60,805 bases of DNA from the NCBI GenBank assembly GCA_030674475.1, contig JAUSCZ010000037.1, positions 1 to 60,805 on the forward strand. Reading direction: 5' to 3'. The stretch is from Candidatus Omnitrophota bacterium (GTDB lineage: Bacteria; Omnitrophota; Gorgyraeia; Gygaellales; UBA12090). The first letter of the stretch is position 1; every line of letters starts with the position of its first letter. The notes under the pieces were generated by a model. The model was not told where the DNA came from, ran no database searches, and saw nothing but the letters and a program-made list of their open reading frames with translations. Below, piece by piece: positions 1 to 9,642 of the stretch. Position numbers and translations under genes: made by a program.

Positions 1-2403
1 GTTAATGTCAGTTTCTTAAATAATATTTTTTATTCCGAGAACAATCAACCATATTATTCTGATTCAAGTTATACAGGTACTCGTATTTCAGATTATAATG
101 CTTGGTATGGTAATGGTGCAAGACCTGCTTGGGCTACCGGTGCAAATGACAAAAATAACATTGATCCTCTGATTACGAGTCTTGCAACTCATGATTTTTA
201 TTTACAAGCTTCAAGCCCGGCCAAGGATACGGGAACATCTACGGTGAATAGCGTGGTTACTAATGATTATGACGGAATCTCCAGGCCGCAGGAAGCAGGA
301 TTTGATATCGGGGCGTATGAGTATGTGGGGTCAGACACAATCGCGCCGAATGCGGTGAACAATTTAACTGCTGCTGCCGGAACAGGCCAGGGTCAGGTAA
401 GCTTAAGCTGGACTGCTCCGGGAAATGATGGAAATTCTGGAACCGCCGCTACGTATATAATAAAATATTCGACTTCCGCTATAACTACAGATACGCAGTT
501 TGACGCGGCTTTAGAAGTAGCAGGGGAACCCGCGCCTCTTATTGCCGGCACAAGCCAATCTATGACTGTCAGCGAGCTTACCGCCGGACAAACCTATTAT
601 TTTGCCATGAAGACAGAGGATGAGGTCCCGAATATCTCCGAGCTTTCTAATTCTGTTAGTGCTGTAGCGCAAACTAACAATGCCCCGGTCTTAGCGGCTA
701 TCGGTAACCAGTCTGTGGATGAGAACGCCAGCCTCACCTTTACCCTGAGCGCTACCGATGCCGATGGCGATACCCTTAGTTATTCCGCGACAGATCTTCC
801 TTCCGGAGCAACCCTGGATAACTCCAGCGGAGCATTTTCCTGGACGCCTGACTATTCTCAAGCCGGAAGCCATAGCACAACTTTTATTGTCAATGACGGA
901 AGCGCGAGTGTGGGGTCTGACTCAGAAACTATCACCATTACCGTAAATAATGCCAACAATGCCCCGGTCTTAGCGGCTATCGGTAACCAGTCTGTGGATG
1001 AGAACGCCAGCCTCACCTTTACCCTGAGCGCTACCGATGCCGATGGCGATGCCCTTAGTTATTCCGCGACAGATCTTCCTTCCGGAGCAACCCTGGATAA
1101 CTCCAGCGGCACTTTTAGTTGGACACCCACTTATTCGCAGGCAGGAAGCTATAGCCTAATTTTTAACGTCAATGACGGAAACGTGAGCGACGGATCTGAC
1201 TCCGAGACCATTACCATTACCGTAAATAATAACGAAAGCGGTGGTGGAGGTGGCGGAGGAAGTGGTGATGGTGGTGGTGGAGGTGGTGGTGGTGGAGGTG
1301 GTGGAAATGATGTCAACCGAACTCCGGTATTATCCGCCATCGGTAGCCAGTCAGTAGCTGAGAATGTTGTCCTGACCTTTGCTTTGAGCGCCACTGACGC
1401 TGATGGCGATAGCTTAACCTATTCTGCCAGCAACCTGCCCAGCGGCGCAACCTTTAACGTTACAACTAGAGTATTCTATTGGACGCCCACATACTCTCAG
1501 TCCGGAACTTATACCGCGGTGCATTTTCAGGTAACCGACGGAGATTTAACCGACAGCGAGGAGATCACTATCACCGTCAAAAACAATAACCGGTCGCCGG
1601 TTTTAGATTCAATAGGCAATAAAACCATAGCTGAGAACTCTAAACTTACTTTTACGGTTAGTGCTTCGGACAAAGACGGCGACGCCTTAACTTACTCCGC
1701 CAGTAATTTACCTTCCGGCGCGGCTTTTAATACAGCCACCCGGGCATTCTCCTGGACGCCTAACTATTCTCAGGTGGGAATCTACCGAGCGGTGCATTTT
1801 CAGGTAACCGATGGAAATTCACCTGTCAGTGAACAGATAACTATTGCCGTAACCAACGTCAACCAGCCGCCGGCTATAGATTCAATAGGCAATAAAACCA
1901 TAGCTGAGAACTCTAAACTTACTTTTACGGTTAATGCTTCGGACAAAGACGGCGACGCCTTAACTTACTCCGCCAGTAATTTACCTTCCGGAGCGGCTTT
2001 TAATACAGCCACCCGGGCATTCTCCTGGACGCCTACCTATTCGCAGGCAGGAAGCTATAATGTAACTTTTAGCGTCAATGACGGAAACGGAGGAACTGAC
2101 TCTGAGACCATCACCCTCACCGTGACCAAGATTAACCAAGCCCCGGTATTGGATTTTATAGGCAAGAAAACTATAATTGTAAATTCTAAGCTCAAGTTTA
2201 GAATTACTGCTTCGGATAAAGACGGTGACGCCTTAACCTATTCCGCCAGTAATTTACCTTCCGGAGCGGCTTTTAATGCCAAGACACGCGTATTTAAATG
2301 GATTCCTAAGCGTAGCCAAAAGGGAAAATATATGGTTACCTTTAAGGTTACTGACGTTAATAACGCTTCGGATTCAAAGACCGTTAGCATTCGTTGTAAT
2401 TAA
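1..2403 (+). CDS. Large secreted/surface protein, 5'-truncated by the window: choice-of-anchor-Q-like beta-helix end, Fn3 domain, six He_PIG/cadherin-like Ig repeats, poly-Gly linker
   Basis: Frame 1 is open from base 1 (VNVSFLNNIFY...DFYLQASSPAKDTG...DYDGISRPQ..FDIGAYEY). Fn3 motif LSWTAPGNDG. Repeated N.APVL..IGN..V.EN..LTF..SA.D.DGD.L.YSA..LPSGA units. Confidence 0.85.
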   Translation, partial: VNVSFLNNIFYSENNQPYYSDSSYTGTRISDYNAWYGNGARPAWATGANDKNNIDPLITSLATHDFYLQASSPAKDTGTSTVNSVVTNDYDGISRPQEAGFDIGAYEYVGSDTIAPNAVNNLTAAAGTGQGQVSLSWTAPGNDGNSGTAATYIIKYSTSAITTDTQFDAALEVAGEPAPLIAGTSQSMTVSELTAGQTYYFAMKTEDEVPNISELSNSVSAVAQTNNAPVLAAIGNQSVDENASLTFTLSATDADGDTLSYSATDLPSGATLDNSSGAFSWTPDYSQAGSHSTTFIVNDGSASVGSDSETITITVNNANNAPVLAAIGNQSVDENASLTFTLSATDADGDALSYSATDLPSGATLDNSSGTFSWTPTYSQAGSYSLIFNVNDGNVSDGSDSETITITVNNNESGGGGGGGSGDGGGGGGGGGGGGNDVNRTPVLSAIGSQSVAENVVLTFALSATDADGDSLTYSASNLPSGATFNVTTRVFYWTPTYSQSGTYTAVHFQVTDGDLTDSEEITITVKNNNRSPVLDSIGNKTIAENSKLTFTVSASDKDGDALTYSASNLPSGAAFNTATRAFSWTPNYSQVGIYRAVHFQVTDGNSPVSEQITIAVTNVNQPPAIDSIGNKTIAENSKLTFTVNASDKDGDALTYSASNLPSGAAFNTATRAFSWTPTYSQAGSYNVTFSVNDGNGGTDSETITLTVTKINQAPVLDFIGKKTIIVNSKLKFRITASDKDGDALTYSASNLPSGAAFNAKTRVFKWIPKRSQKGKYMVTFKVTDVNNASDSKTVSIRCN

Positions 2404-2481
2404 AAAAGGCCAAGGGCGGGTTTTTAATTGGCTGTTTGCTTGGGCCATTTTTTCTCTAGCGGCAATGGAATGGGGGAATTT
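2395..2481 (+). pseudogene. Diverged duplicate of an N-terminal prsK segment
   Basis: 75/87 nt identical to 2815-2901. Translates VIKKGQGRVFNWLFAWAIFSLAAMEWGN versus VIKKGRGQVFNWLFALAILSLAVMELGN in PrsK. Confidence 0.85.
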
Positions 2482-2700
2482 AAAGTATCTACAAGAGTTT
2501 AGTATTTCATATAGTTAAGCTTTATGATATACTCTAATTATGAAAAATAGACCATTTTGGAAAAATTCCATAGTCGCATAATGTGAGCCATCCTTATAGC
2601 CGTAGATACGGTAATTTTACGTTTAAGTTCATAAATCTCGCGGGCCTTCGGAATATTTGTTAACATTTATAATTTTACAATGACTACGAAAGAACCATTT

Positions 2701-2750
2701 TTTTTATCCGTGTGTATCCGTATTTTTAAATCCGTGTCCATCCGTGTTTA
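2701..2750. repeat. ATCCGTGT-type short repeat cluster
   Basis: Four ATCCGT(G/A)T units. Inverted counterpart (ACACGGAT units) at 9338-9395. Confidence 0.7.
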
Positions 2751-4855
2751 AAATTAATCCTTATAATTTAGCGCCGCTCATCAGTTTTATTTTTCTTCTG
2801 GCCGGTGGATTTTATGTAATTAAAAAAGGCCGCGGACAGGTTTTCAATTGGCTGTTTGCTTTGGCCATTCTTTCCCTGGCGGTAATGGAATTAGGGAATT
2901 TTATGGTCCTGATTTCAGCTTCAAACGCCAGGGCCTTATTCTGGCAGAGATGGGTATTCGTCAGCGCCGCTTTTCTGCCTCTTGCCTGGGTTGTGTTTAG
3001 CCTGATATTTGCCAGAGATAATTATCGGCTATTATTGAAAAAATGGCTTTGGTATTTGGCGTTAATTTTGTTTATTACTTTAGGATTTTTGTTCTTTCTT
3101 GGGCATAAATCTCTGCTCAGGCCGGCAGAGGAACATTCTCGCTTTATCCTGGGGCCGGTGGGCCGTTATTTTTTGAATTTATTCTTATTAAATTTAGTGC
3201 TTGTCCTCTTGAATTTTGAGAACACCCTCCGTTTTTCTTTCGGAAAACAACGAAGTAGGATTAAGTGGATGATTCGAGGATTCTCTATTTATCTTTGGTC
3301 GTATGTTGTCTTGAGCAGTCTGGCTTTACTTTTTTCCTACATTGATCCGCGGTTTACTGCTTTGGGCTCTCTGGCTATAATCAGCGGAGTTTTTTCCTGC
3401 GCCTATTCCGTTTATAGGTATGGACTTGTGGATGTGGATGTGTATATCGGCAGGCAGGCAGTGTATGCCTCAGCTACCATTACCATTGTCGGGTTCTATT
3501 TATTATTGGTTGGCCTGGTAACCAAGATAGCTATGTTCTGGGGGTTAAATTTAAGGTCATTCTTCTCTTTTTTATTCGCTTTCTTTGTATTCTTCATATT
3601 TATTTGCCTGGTTTTCTCCGGCGGCCTTAAGGAGAGGCTGCGGGTCTTTATTGATCGGGCTATCTATAAAGGTAAGTATGATTACCGAAAAGCATGGGCA
3701 GAGATCAGCCGCAAGATAAGCTCTGAATTCGGGCTGGAGGGAATAGTATCCGCTATTATTCAAGTCGTCGCTGAAGATATTAACCTGAAGCAGGTCTCTA
3801 TTTTGCTTTTGAATAAAGAGAGAGGATATTTTTATGTAGCCAGGGCCAAAGCCATAAATGGGAAGGTTTCTAAGAATGTCCAGTTCAATCAGGATAGTGA
3901 ATTTGTGGATTGGTTAGTCAGATACGCGGATCCGCTGGTGATAAAGATGTTGGCGGACAAGTCGGATACTCTTAAGATTTTTGAAAGCGAAAAGAAGAAT
4001 TTTGAGGATTTAGGGGCAGAGGTGATAGTTTCGCTGGTGGCAAAACAACAGTTAGTCGGAATATTGTGCGCGGGGGGAAAGCCCTCGGGCGAGCCTTTTG
4101 CCGGCGAGGATCTGGAATTGTTAAAGAGAATCGCCGAACAGGCGGGAATCGCTATTTTAAACGCTCAGCTATCCGAAGAGTTAATGGTCTCCAAAGAGAT
4201 GGAGTCGCTTTATAAGGTATCTTCATTTTTAATTCACGATCTGAAGAATTTCTCCTCCGTGCTTTCTATGGTAGCTCATAACGCGCGGGAGAATTTTGAT
4301 AAGCCGGAATTTCGCCGGGATGCCTTAGCTACAATATCCAATACTGTGCTGAGAATGAATAATCTTATGCAAAAGCTGTCTATTTTACCTAAAGAGCTGG
4401 AGCTCAAATTCAGTTTAACTGATTTAAATTATGCTGTATCCCAGGCGCTGGCTAAATCCAGGGTGGAGGATGCCTCTGGAATACGGTTAGTTAAAGAGCT
4501 TAACGCGATACCGCGAGTAATGGCGGACAGCGAATATATCGAGAAGGTGTTTTTGAATCTTATTCTTAATGCCGTAGAAGCAATGCCCGGGGGAGGAGAA
4601 ATAAGGATAAGCTCCCGGGTTAATGAAAAATTCGTGGAATTTAACTTAAGAGATACCGGCTGTGGTATGCCTCTTGAGTTTATAGACAAGCATTTGTTTA
4701 AGCCGTTTCAAAGCACCAAGAATAAAGGGCTGGGAATAGGGTTATTTCAGTGTAAGACGATTATCGAGGCGCATAAGGGTAAGATGGACGTCCAGTCAAA
4801 GGTGGGCGAGGGCACAACCTTTATCCTGCGATTGCCCATTAACCGGGATAGATGA
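2744..4855 (+). CDS. prsK: PEP-CTERM system histidine kinase PrsK (multi-TM sensor, GAF, HisKA, HATPase)
   Basis: Multiple TM helices, YDYRKAW, H-box SSFLIHDLKN, LFKPFQSTK..GLGIGLFQCK. Adjacent to a PrsR-like regulator and PEP-CTERM genes. Confidence 0.85.
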   Translation: MFKINPYNLAPLISFIFLLAGGFYVIKKGRGQVFNWLFALAILSLAVMELGNFMVLISASNARALFWQRWVFVSAAFLPLAWVVFSLIFARDNYRLLLKKWLWYLALILFITLGFLFFLGHKSLLRPAEEHSRFILGPVGRYFLNLFLLNLVLVLLNFENTLRFSFGKQRSRIKWMIRGFSIYLWSYVVLSSLALLFSYIDPRFTALGSLAIISGVFSCAYSVYRYGLVDVDVYIGRQAVYASATITIVGFYLLLVGLVTKIAMFWGLNLRSFFSFLFAFFVFFIFICLVFSGGLKERLRVFIDRAIYKGKYDYRKAWAEISRKISSEFGLEGIVSAIIQVVAEDINLKQVSILLLNKERGYFYVARAKAINGKVSKNVQFNQDSEFVDWLVRYADPLVIKMLADKSDTLKIFESEKKNFEDLGAEVIVSLVAKQQLVGILCAGGKPSGEPFAGEDLELLKRIAEQAGIAILNAQLSEELMVSKEMESLYKVSSFLIHDLKNFSSVLSMVAHNARENFDKPEFRRDALATISNTVLRMNNLMQKLSILPKELELKFSLTDLNYAVSQALAKSRVEDASGIRLVKELNAIPRVMADSEYIEKVFLNLILNAVEAMPGGGEIRISSRVNEKFVEFNLRDTGCGMPLEFIDKHLFKPFQSTKNKGLGIGLFQCKTIIEAHKGKMDVQSKVGEGTTFILRLPINRDR

Positions 4856-6225
4856 TGGAAAAAGATAAAATATTGATTGTTGATGATGAAGAAGAAATAA
4901 GAAGGCAACTGAAGTGGGCTTTAGCCGATGACTACGAAGTTATGGAGGCATCTAATAAAGCCGCGGCTATGGATTTAATCCGGGAGAAAAAGCCTCAATT
5001 GGTAACCTTGGATATCAGCTTAGACGCGTCTTCAAATGATACTCAGGAAGGAATGTATCTTCTGGCAGAGGCGCTTAGTATTGACCCCAAATTGAAGGTA
5101 ATAATGATTACCGGAAATAATAATCGGGAGTTTGCTTTGAGGGCGATCAAGCTGGGAGCTTATGATTACTATGAGAAGCCTATTAACCTGGAGGAGATAA
5201 AAGTAATCCTTAAGCGGGCCCTTTATATCCAGAAATTAGAACGGGAAAACGAAAGACTGACGCGAGAATTAGAGGAAATGCATAAGTTTGAAAATATTAT
5301 CGGTTCCTGCCCCGGAATGCAGGATGTATTTAGCGTTATTCGCAGGGTTTCACCTACCGATGTTACAGTGCTGATTAACGGTGAAAGCGGCACCGGCAAG
5401 GAATTGGCGGCCAGGGCGGTTCATTATTGCAGTCCGCGCAAAGACAAGCTGTTAGGGGTAATAAATTGCGGCGCGATACCGGAAAATCTTTTGGAAAGTG
5501 AACTTTTTGGCCATGAAAGAGGGTCTTTTACCGATGCCTATGCCAAAAAAATAGGTAAATTAGAGCTGGTTAACGGGGGAACGGTTTTTCTGGATGAAAT
5601 CGGCGAGATGAGCTTAAGCTTACAGGTTAAGATGCTAAGATTTTTACAGGAAAGGGTAATAGAAAGGGTAGGATCCAACGAGCAGATAGCCTTGGATGTG
5701 AGGATCGTTGCCGCTACCAACAGCGACTTAAAAAAGAAGATTCGGGACGGCACTTTCAGGGAAGACCTGTATTATCGCTTAAGTGTAGTTACCATTTTAT
5801 TGCCGCCTTTAAGAGAACGGGGAGAGGATGTCCTGCTTTTGGCTGAGTATTACCTGAACAGGTTCGCTCAGGAAAACAATAAACCGGTAAAGGGATTTAA
5901 CAAGGAAGCCTTAAAAGCCATTAGCGAATATTCCTGGCCAGGCAATGTCCGGGAATTAGAGAATAAGATTAAAAGGGCGGTAATCCTGACTAATAATCCT
6001 CAGATTGCGCCTGAAGACCTGGGTTTACAAATCGGTCTAGATAATCAGACGAGGTCCTTGAAAAAAGCCCGAGAGGAGCTAGATATCAAGTTTATTCAAG
6101 AAGCTTTAGTTAAAAATAGAGGGAGCGTCAGTGAGGCGGCTAAAGAGATTGGCATCAGCCGGGTTTCTTTTTACGATTTAATCCGAAAATATAAAATAAC
6201 TGTTGAAAAAACTTACAGTAGATAA
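4852..6225 (+). CDS. prsR: Sigma54-dependent response regulator PrsR (REC-AAA-HTH)
   Basis: ILIVDDE...QLKWAL, LVTLD, GESGTGKE, GSFTDA, WPGNVRELEN, Fis-type HTH. Confidence 0.85.
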   Translation: MMEKDKILIVDDEEEIRRQLKWALADDYEVMEASNKAAAMDLIREKKPQLVTLDISLDASSNDTQEGMYLLAEALSIDPKLKVIMITGNNNREFALRAIKLGAYDYYEKPINLEEIKVILKRALYIQKLERENERLTRELEEMHKFENIIGSCPGMQDVFSVIRRVSPTDVTVLINGESGTGKELAARAVHYCSPRKDKLLGVINCGAIPENLLESELFGHERGSFTDAYAKKIGKLELVNGGTVFLDEIGEMSLSLQVKMLRFLQERVIERVGSNEQIALDVRIVAATNSDLKKKIRDGTFREDLYYRLSVVTILLPPLRERGEDVLLLAEYYLNRFAQENNKPVKGFNKEALKAISEYSWPGNVRELENKIKRAVILTNNPQIAPEDLGLQIGLDNQTRSLKKAREELDIKFIQEALVKNRGSVSEAAKEIGISRVSFYDLIRKYKITVEKTYSR

Positions 6226-6425
6226 CATTATTATTTTAGATAAGTTAAGTAACTATTTTTTTCTCAATTAAATTATCTCCGTAGTAAATCCTAACACTTT
6301 CTTCCTATCAGTTTGGTCTAAATCTAAAATTAAAGAAGCGGGATAAATATTTTTTATTTATGTAACTTATTATTTTAAAGTAGGTTGCGAGAGGTGTGTA
6401 AAATTATTCCGAGGAATAATCTTTG

Positions 6426-6442
6426 TTGGCATAGTAGTTGCT
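6426..6442 (+). promoter_or_regulatory. Sigma54 (-24/-12) promoter of the PEP-CTERM genes
   Basis: TTGGCATAGTAGTTGCT, with GG at 6428-9 and GC at 6440-1 (canonical spacing). Confidence 0.8.
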
Positions 6443-6507
6443 CTAATAAAGTATAGAGCGAGAAGTAAAGAAGCAAAAATACGAGAGGAAGGAGGAAAAA
6501 TAAAAAT

Positions 6508-7173
6508 ATGAGAAGCAAGAAGCTAGGATTAATCTTAGGAGCAATGATCATAGGGTTAGCACTGGTTGCAGGAAGAGCTGACGCAGCCTTATTAAATCTA
6601 AATATGGGACTGCCGGATATACATTCTAATTCCACGGGAGTGTATAGCTATGATGCTGCTTCTGATCTGTTTACCAGCTCAGCTACACCTTATTATGTCA
6701 CTTTTACCGGAGCATTCGGTGACACCATAAACATTACCGGAACCAAAAGTTATAATGTTGGTTTCTATGTTGACGCGGCGGGGAATTTCGTGAACGGAAT
6801 TGCCGGTAATGATTTGGTTGTGAGAGGTGATATAGATGTTGACGGTAATGGCTCGGTTGATTTAACCGGAGATTTAATCAGAGGAGAAATTACAAATTTT
6901 GGTTGGCTGGATACCGGCACCCCATTTGATTTGTTTAATTTCACCTTTGATTTTACCGGAGGAGCCTTAAGTTCATATTATGCGGTATCTGGATATAAAG
7001 GTGCCGATTCTATGAGCAGCGAGAATAGTACTTTCGGGGGAAGTTTTGCTACAAATTTCTCTGGAACTGCTGTTAAACACGACACTGCACCTGTTCCCGA
7101 GCCAAGCAGTTTACTTTTATTAGGCAGCGGCTTATTGAGCGTGGCCTTATTAAGAGTGAGAAGGAAGAAATAA
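6508..7173 (+). CDS. PEP-CTERM sorting domain protein
   Basis: Signal peptide. C-terminus VPEPSSLLLLGSGLLSVALLRVRRKK. Confidence 0.92.
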   Translation: MRSKKLGLILGAMIIGLALVAGRADAALLNLNMGLPDIHSNSTGVYSYDAASDLFTSSATPYYVTFTGAFGDTINITGTKSYNVGFYVDAAGNFVNGIAGNDLVVRGDIDVDGNGSVDLTGDLIRGEITNFGWLDTGTPFDLFNFTFDFTGGALSSYYAVSGYKGADSMSSENSTFGGSFATNFSGTAVKHDTAPVPEPSSLLLLGSGLLSVALLRVRRKK

Positions 7174-7289
7174 ATTGGCTTGATTTAAAAGAACACAGGT
7201 TTGTTTAATGAGAAGAGGGGCGGAGATCACTCTTCTCCCCTCTTCTTACTTAAGATAAGAAAGCGGCAAAAGGAAAAAGGAATTAAAAA

Positions 7290-7940
7290 ATGAAAAAATA
7301 CCTAGGTATTTTAATATTAGTAGTAATCGCTTTCTGCGGTCTAATCAAATCGGCCGAGGCTGTTCCATCGCTTCAGTTGTATGCTGAAGGAGCGATTTTT
7401 GACAGCTTAACTGAAACCTGGATTTCTTCATCTGCTTCAGACTTTAACCTGCAGGTGATTGGCGCGAATAATGCAGTTGAGGATGTTTACTTAGCCATTG
7501 CGGTCCCGACCGGAGAAAGCGGAACAATTATGATCAACTCAACCGCTATTGGACCATTTACTTATGGAACACCAATTACCGGCGATGGCACCGCATTGCC
7601 TTCTCATGGTATATACCCCGCGGATTTTGCTACTTATTTTATGGGTGATTTTGGGCTGATAGAAACAGTCTATAATATGCAACCCGGAGAAACCGGCAGC
7701 GCCCTAGGTGAGATAAAAACAGTCAACGTTTCAATATCCGGCTATTCCTGGGCCCATTTTGATGCCTATGACCATATTTACTCTAAGAATTCGATTAAAT
7801 ATGTCAATGCTCCATTTTCCCATGATGCCGAAGCCAGCACGAACCCAATTCCTGAACCGGCCAGTCTGCTTTTGTTGGGCTCAGGACTATTTGCCTTGAA
7901 GGTATTTGGCCGCGGGAAAGCGAAAGCAAAAAGGGCTTAG
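7290..7940 (+). CDS. PEP-CTERM protein with choice-of-anchor N-like domain
   Basis: Signal peptide, PSLQLY..GA, HFDAY, APFSHDA. C-terminus IPEPASLLLLGSGL plus basic tail. Confidence 0.88.
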   Translation: MKKYLGILILVVIAFCGLIKSAEAVPSLQLYAEGAIFDSLTETWISSSASDFNLQVIGANNAVEDVYLAIAVPTGESGTIMINSTAIGPFTYGTPITGDGTALPSHGIYPADFATYFMGDFGLIETVYNMQPGETGSALGEIKTVNVSISGYSWAHFDAYDHIYSKNSIKYVNAPFSHDAEASTNPIPEPASLLLLGSGLFALKVFGRGKAKAKRA

Positions 7941-7985
7941 TTAGCGCTTTTTAGGTAACCGGTCACAACGGGGGCGGTTTTTTTA

Positions 7986-8063
7986 AAAAATCCCCCTAAT
8001 CCCCTTTTCCAAAGGGGGAATTTATATTCCCCTCTTTCATAGAGAGGGGTGAGGGGAGATTTT
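7986..8063. repeat. CCCC/GGGG-rich palindromic element
   Basis: AAATCCCCCTAATCCCCTTTTCCAAAGGGGG...CCCCTCTTTCATAGAGAGGGGTGAGGGGAGATTTT nested hairpins. Related element inside miaB at 60018-60056. Confidence 0.65.
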
Positions 8064-8111
8064 CCCCCGTTTAGTGATCCATTACCTTTTTAGTTTTTTA
8101 GCTTTAGAAAT

Positions 8112-8148
8112 AAAAGGGACGGTATAGATAACTGTCCCTTTTTTGTTT
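8112..8148 (+). terminator. Rho-independent terminator
   Basis: AAAAGGGACGGT-loop-ACTGTCCCTTTTTTGTTT. Confidence 0.65.
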
Positions 8149-8411
8149 ATATATATAGACAGCCTGTTAACTAACCTGACAAAAAAAGTAAGTCATAACA
8201 CTCTGTAATAATTACTTTTATAATTTATCTTTTTTTGAGAGGGCGCGCGGTTGAATTGGATAGACATTTTCTTGTGACTGAGAGAATACATGCAAAATGG
8301 CGTGCCGGTATAAATTAGACAAATATATTTATTTATTGGTATAACGCTTTATAAATGAAAAGGTTGTGGGAAGGATAAAAACTTTTTTATTCTTATGATA
8401 AAGTAAAGAGA

Positions 8412-8427
8412 TGGCATAAAACTTGCT
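8412..8427 (+). promoter_or_regulatory. Sigma54 promoter upstream of the sugar transferase
   Basis: TGGCATAAAACTTGCT, with GG at 8413-4 and GC at 8425-6. Confidence 0.75.
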
Positions 8428-8455
8428 CTTTTAATTGTCTATGGAACAAACAAAA

Positions 8456-9337
8456 ATGAAGGAATTTAATGATCTGATATGTGCCTGGAGGGATTATCTC
8501 CGGCATTATTTCTACTCTAAGCGCCGCCTGCGCCGGATAAAAAAAGCAATGCCCCGGAAATTACCGGTTATGGCCTTATTTATATTTTTTATAGTAATGA
8601 GCGTCTCCTGGCTTATTAGTAATAAACTATATGCCATAGAAAAGCTTTCTTTATCCGAAGTAAACTGGTTGGCTAATTTAAGCGGTCTTTTTCCCTGGGC
8701 AGTAAGTTGCAGCTTTGTGAGCGTTTTTGTTCATTTTTTACGCAAAAGGTTTGTTACATTCAAGCGTGTTGTAGACTTCATAGTTGCTAGTTTAGGTTTA
8801 ATTATTATTTCTCCTTTACTTTTCATTATTTCTGTTATAATTAAAATAGATTCTCCAGGACCGGCCTTTTTTAACACGCAGAGACGGGTGGGCAAGGATG
8901 GACAAATATTTCTGATTTGGAAGTTTAGAACCATGCGGGTAGATGCTGAGGCGGGAACCGGTCCGGTTTGGGCTGGTGAGGATGACCCGCGGATAACCCG
9001 GTTAGGCCGTTTTTTAAGGAAATCTCATATTGATGAAATTCCCCAGTTGATTAATGTCTTTAAGGGAGAAATGAGTATGATTGGCCCGCGTCCCGAGCGT
9101 CCGGAGTTAATAAAAGAGATCAACAGCCGCATTCCTAATTTTAATAAACGGTTGAAAATAAAGCCGGGGATAACCGGGTTGGCTCAGGTGCGCTATAGCT
9201 ATGGAGCTTCATTTAAAGACGCGGCCAGGAAATTAGAATACGATTTATTGTATATTAAAAAAATGTGCTGGTTGCTTGATATGAGAATAATATACTGGAC
9301 ATTAGGCCGGGCATTGACCGGAGAGGGAGCCAGATAA
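8456..9337 (+). CDS. Priming glycosyltransferase (bacterial sugar transferase, WcaJ/EpsB family)
   Basis: KRVVD, KFRTM, DDPRITRLGRFLRK..IDEIPQL.NV.KGEMSMIGPRPER, KPGITGLAQV. Start uncertain; the ORF track begins at 8435, upstream of the predicted sigma54 start site. Confidence 0.9.
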   Translation: MKEFNDLICAWRDYLRHYFYSKRRLRRIKKAMPRKLPVMALFIFFIVMSVSWLISNKLYAIEKLSLSEVNWLANLSGLFPWAVSCSFVSVFVHFLRKRFVTFKRVVDFIVASLGLIIISPLLFIISVIIKIDSPGPAFFNTQRRVGKDGQIFLIWKFRTMRVDAEAGTGPVWAGEDDPRITRLGRFLRKSHIDEIPQLINVFKGEMSMIGPRPERPELIKEINSRIPNFNKRLKIKPGITGLAQVRYSYGASFKDAARKLEYDLLYIKKMCWLLDMRIIYWTLGRALTGEGAR

Positions 9338-9395
9338 GACACGGATACACGCGGATTGAAGACACGGATACGCGCTGATTAGCGGTATCCGTGTT
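9338..9395. repeat. ACACGGAT-type short repeat cluster
   Basis: GACACGGATACACGCGGATTGAAGACACGGATACGCGCTGAT...ATCCGTGT. Confidence 0.7.
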
Positions 9396-9456
9396 TTATT
9401 AATAGTACAATGAAACCTTCCTGCCGGCAAAAAGCCGGCACCAGTAAACATGAAAA

Positions 9457-9610
9457 TAACCAATCACCAATTTCCAATAACCAAACAATACCCAAACACC
9501 AATAACCAAATTCCAAACAAGTTGTTTTGGTTATTGATTATTGGTTATTGAAATTTGCTTGGTTATTGCCTGCCTGCCGGTAGGCAGGTATCTTGATTAT
9601 TGGTTATTTC
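9457..9610. repeat. Inverted heptamer tandem array (TAACCAA/TTGGTTA) with nested GCCTGCCTGCCGGTAGGCAGG palindrome (9568-9588)
   Basis: Seen directly. The palindrome recurs at 13624-13645 and 57728-57748. Confidence 0.75.
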
Positions 9611-9642
9611 GTGCTAAAATATTATAGATAGGAGATTTTCAG

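Noticed and set aside
1149-1394. Poly-proline ORF on the minus strand
   Set aside because: It is the antisense shadow of the poly-Gly linker.
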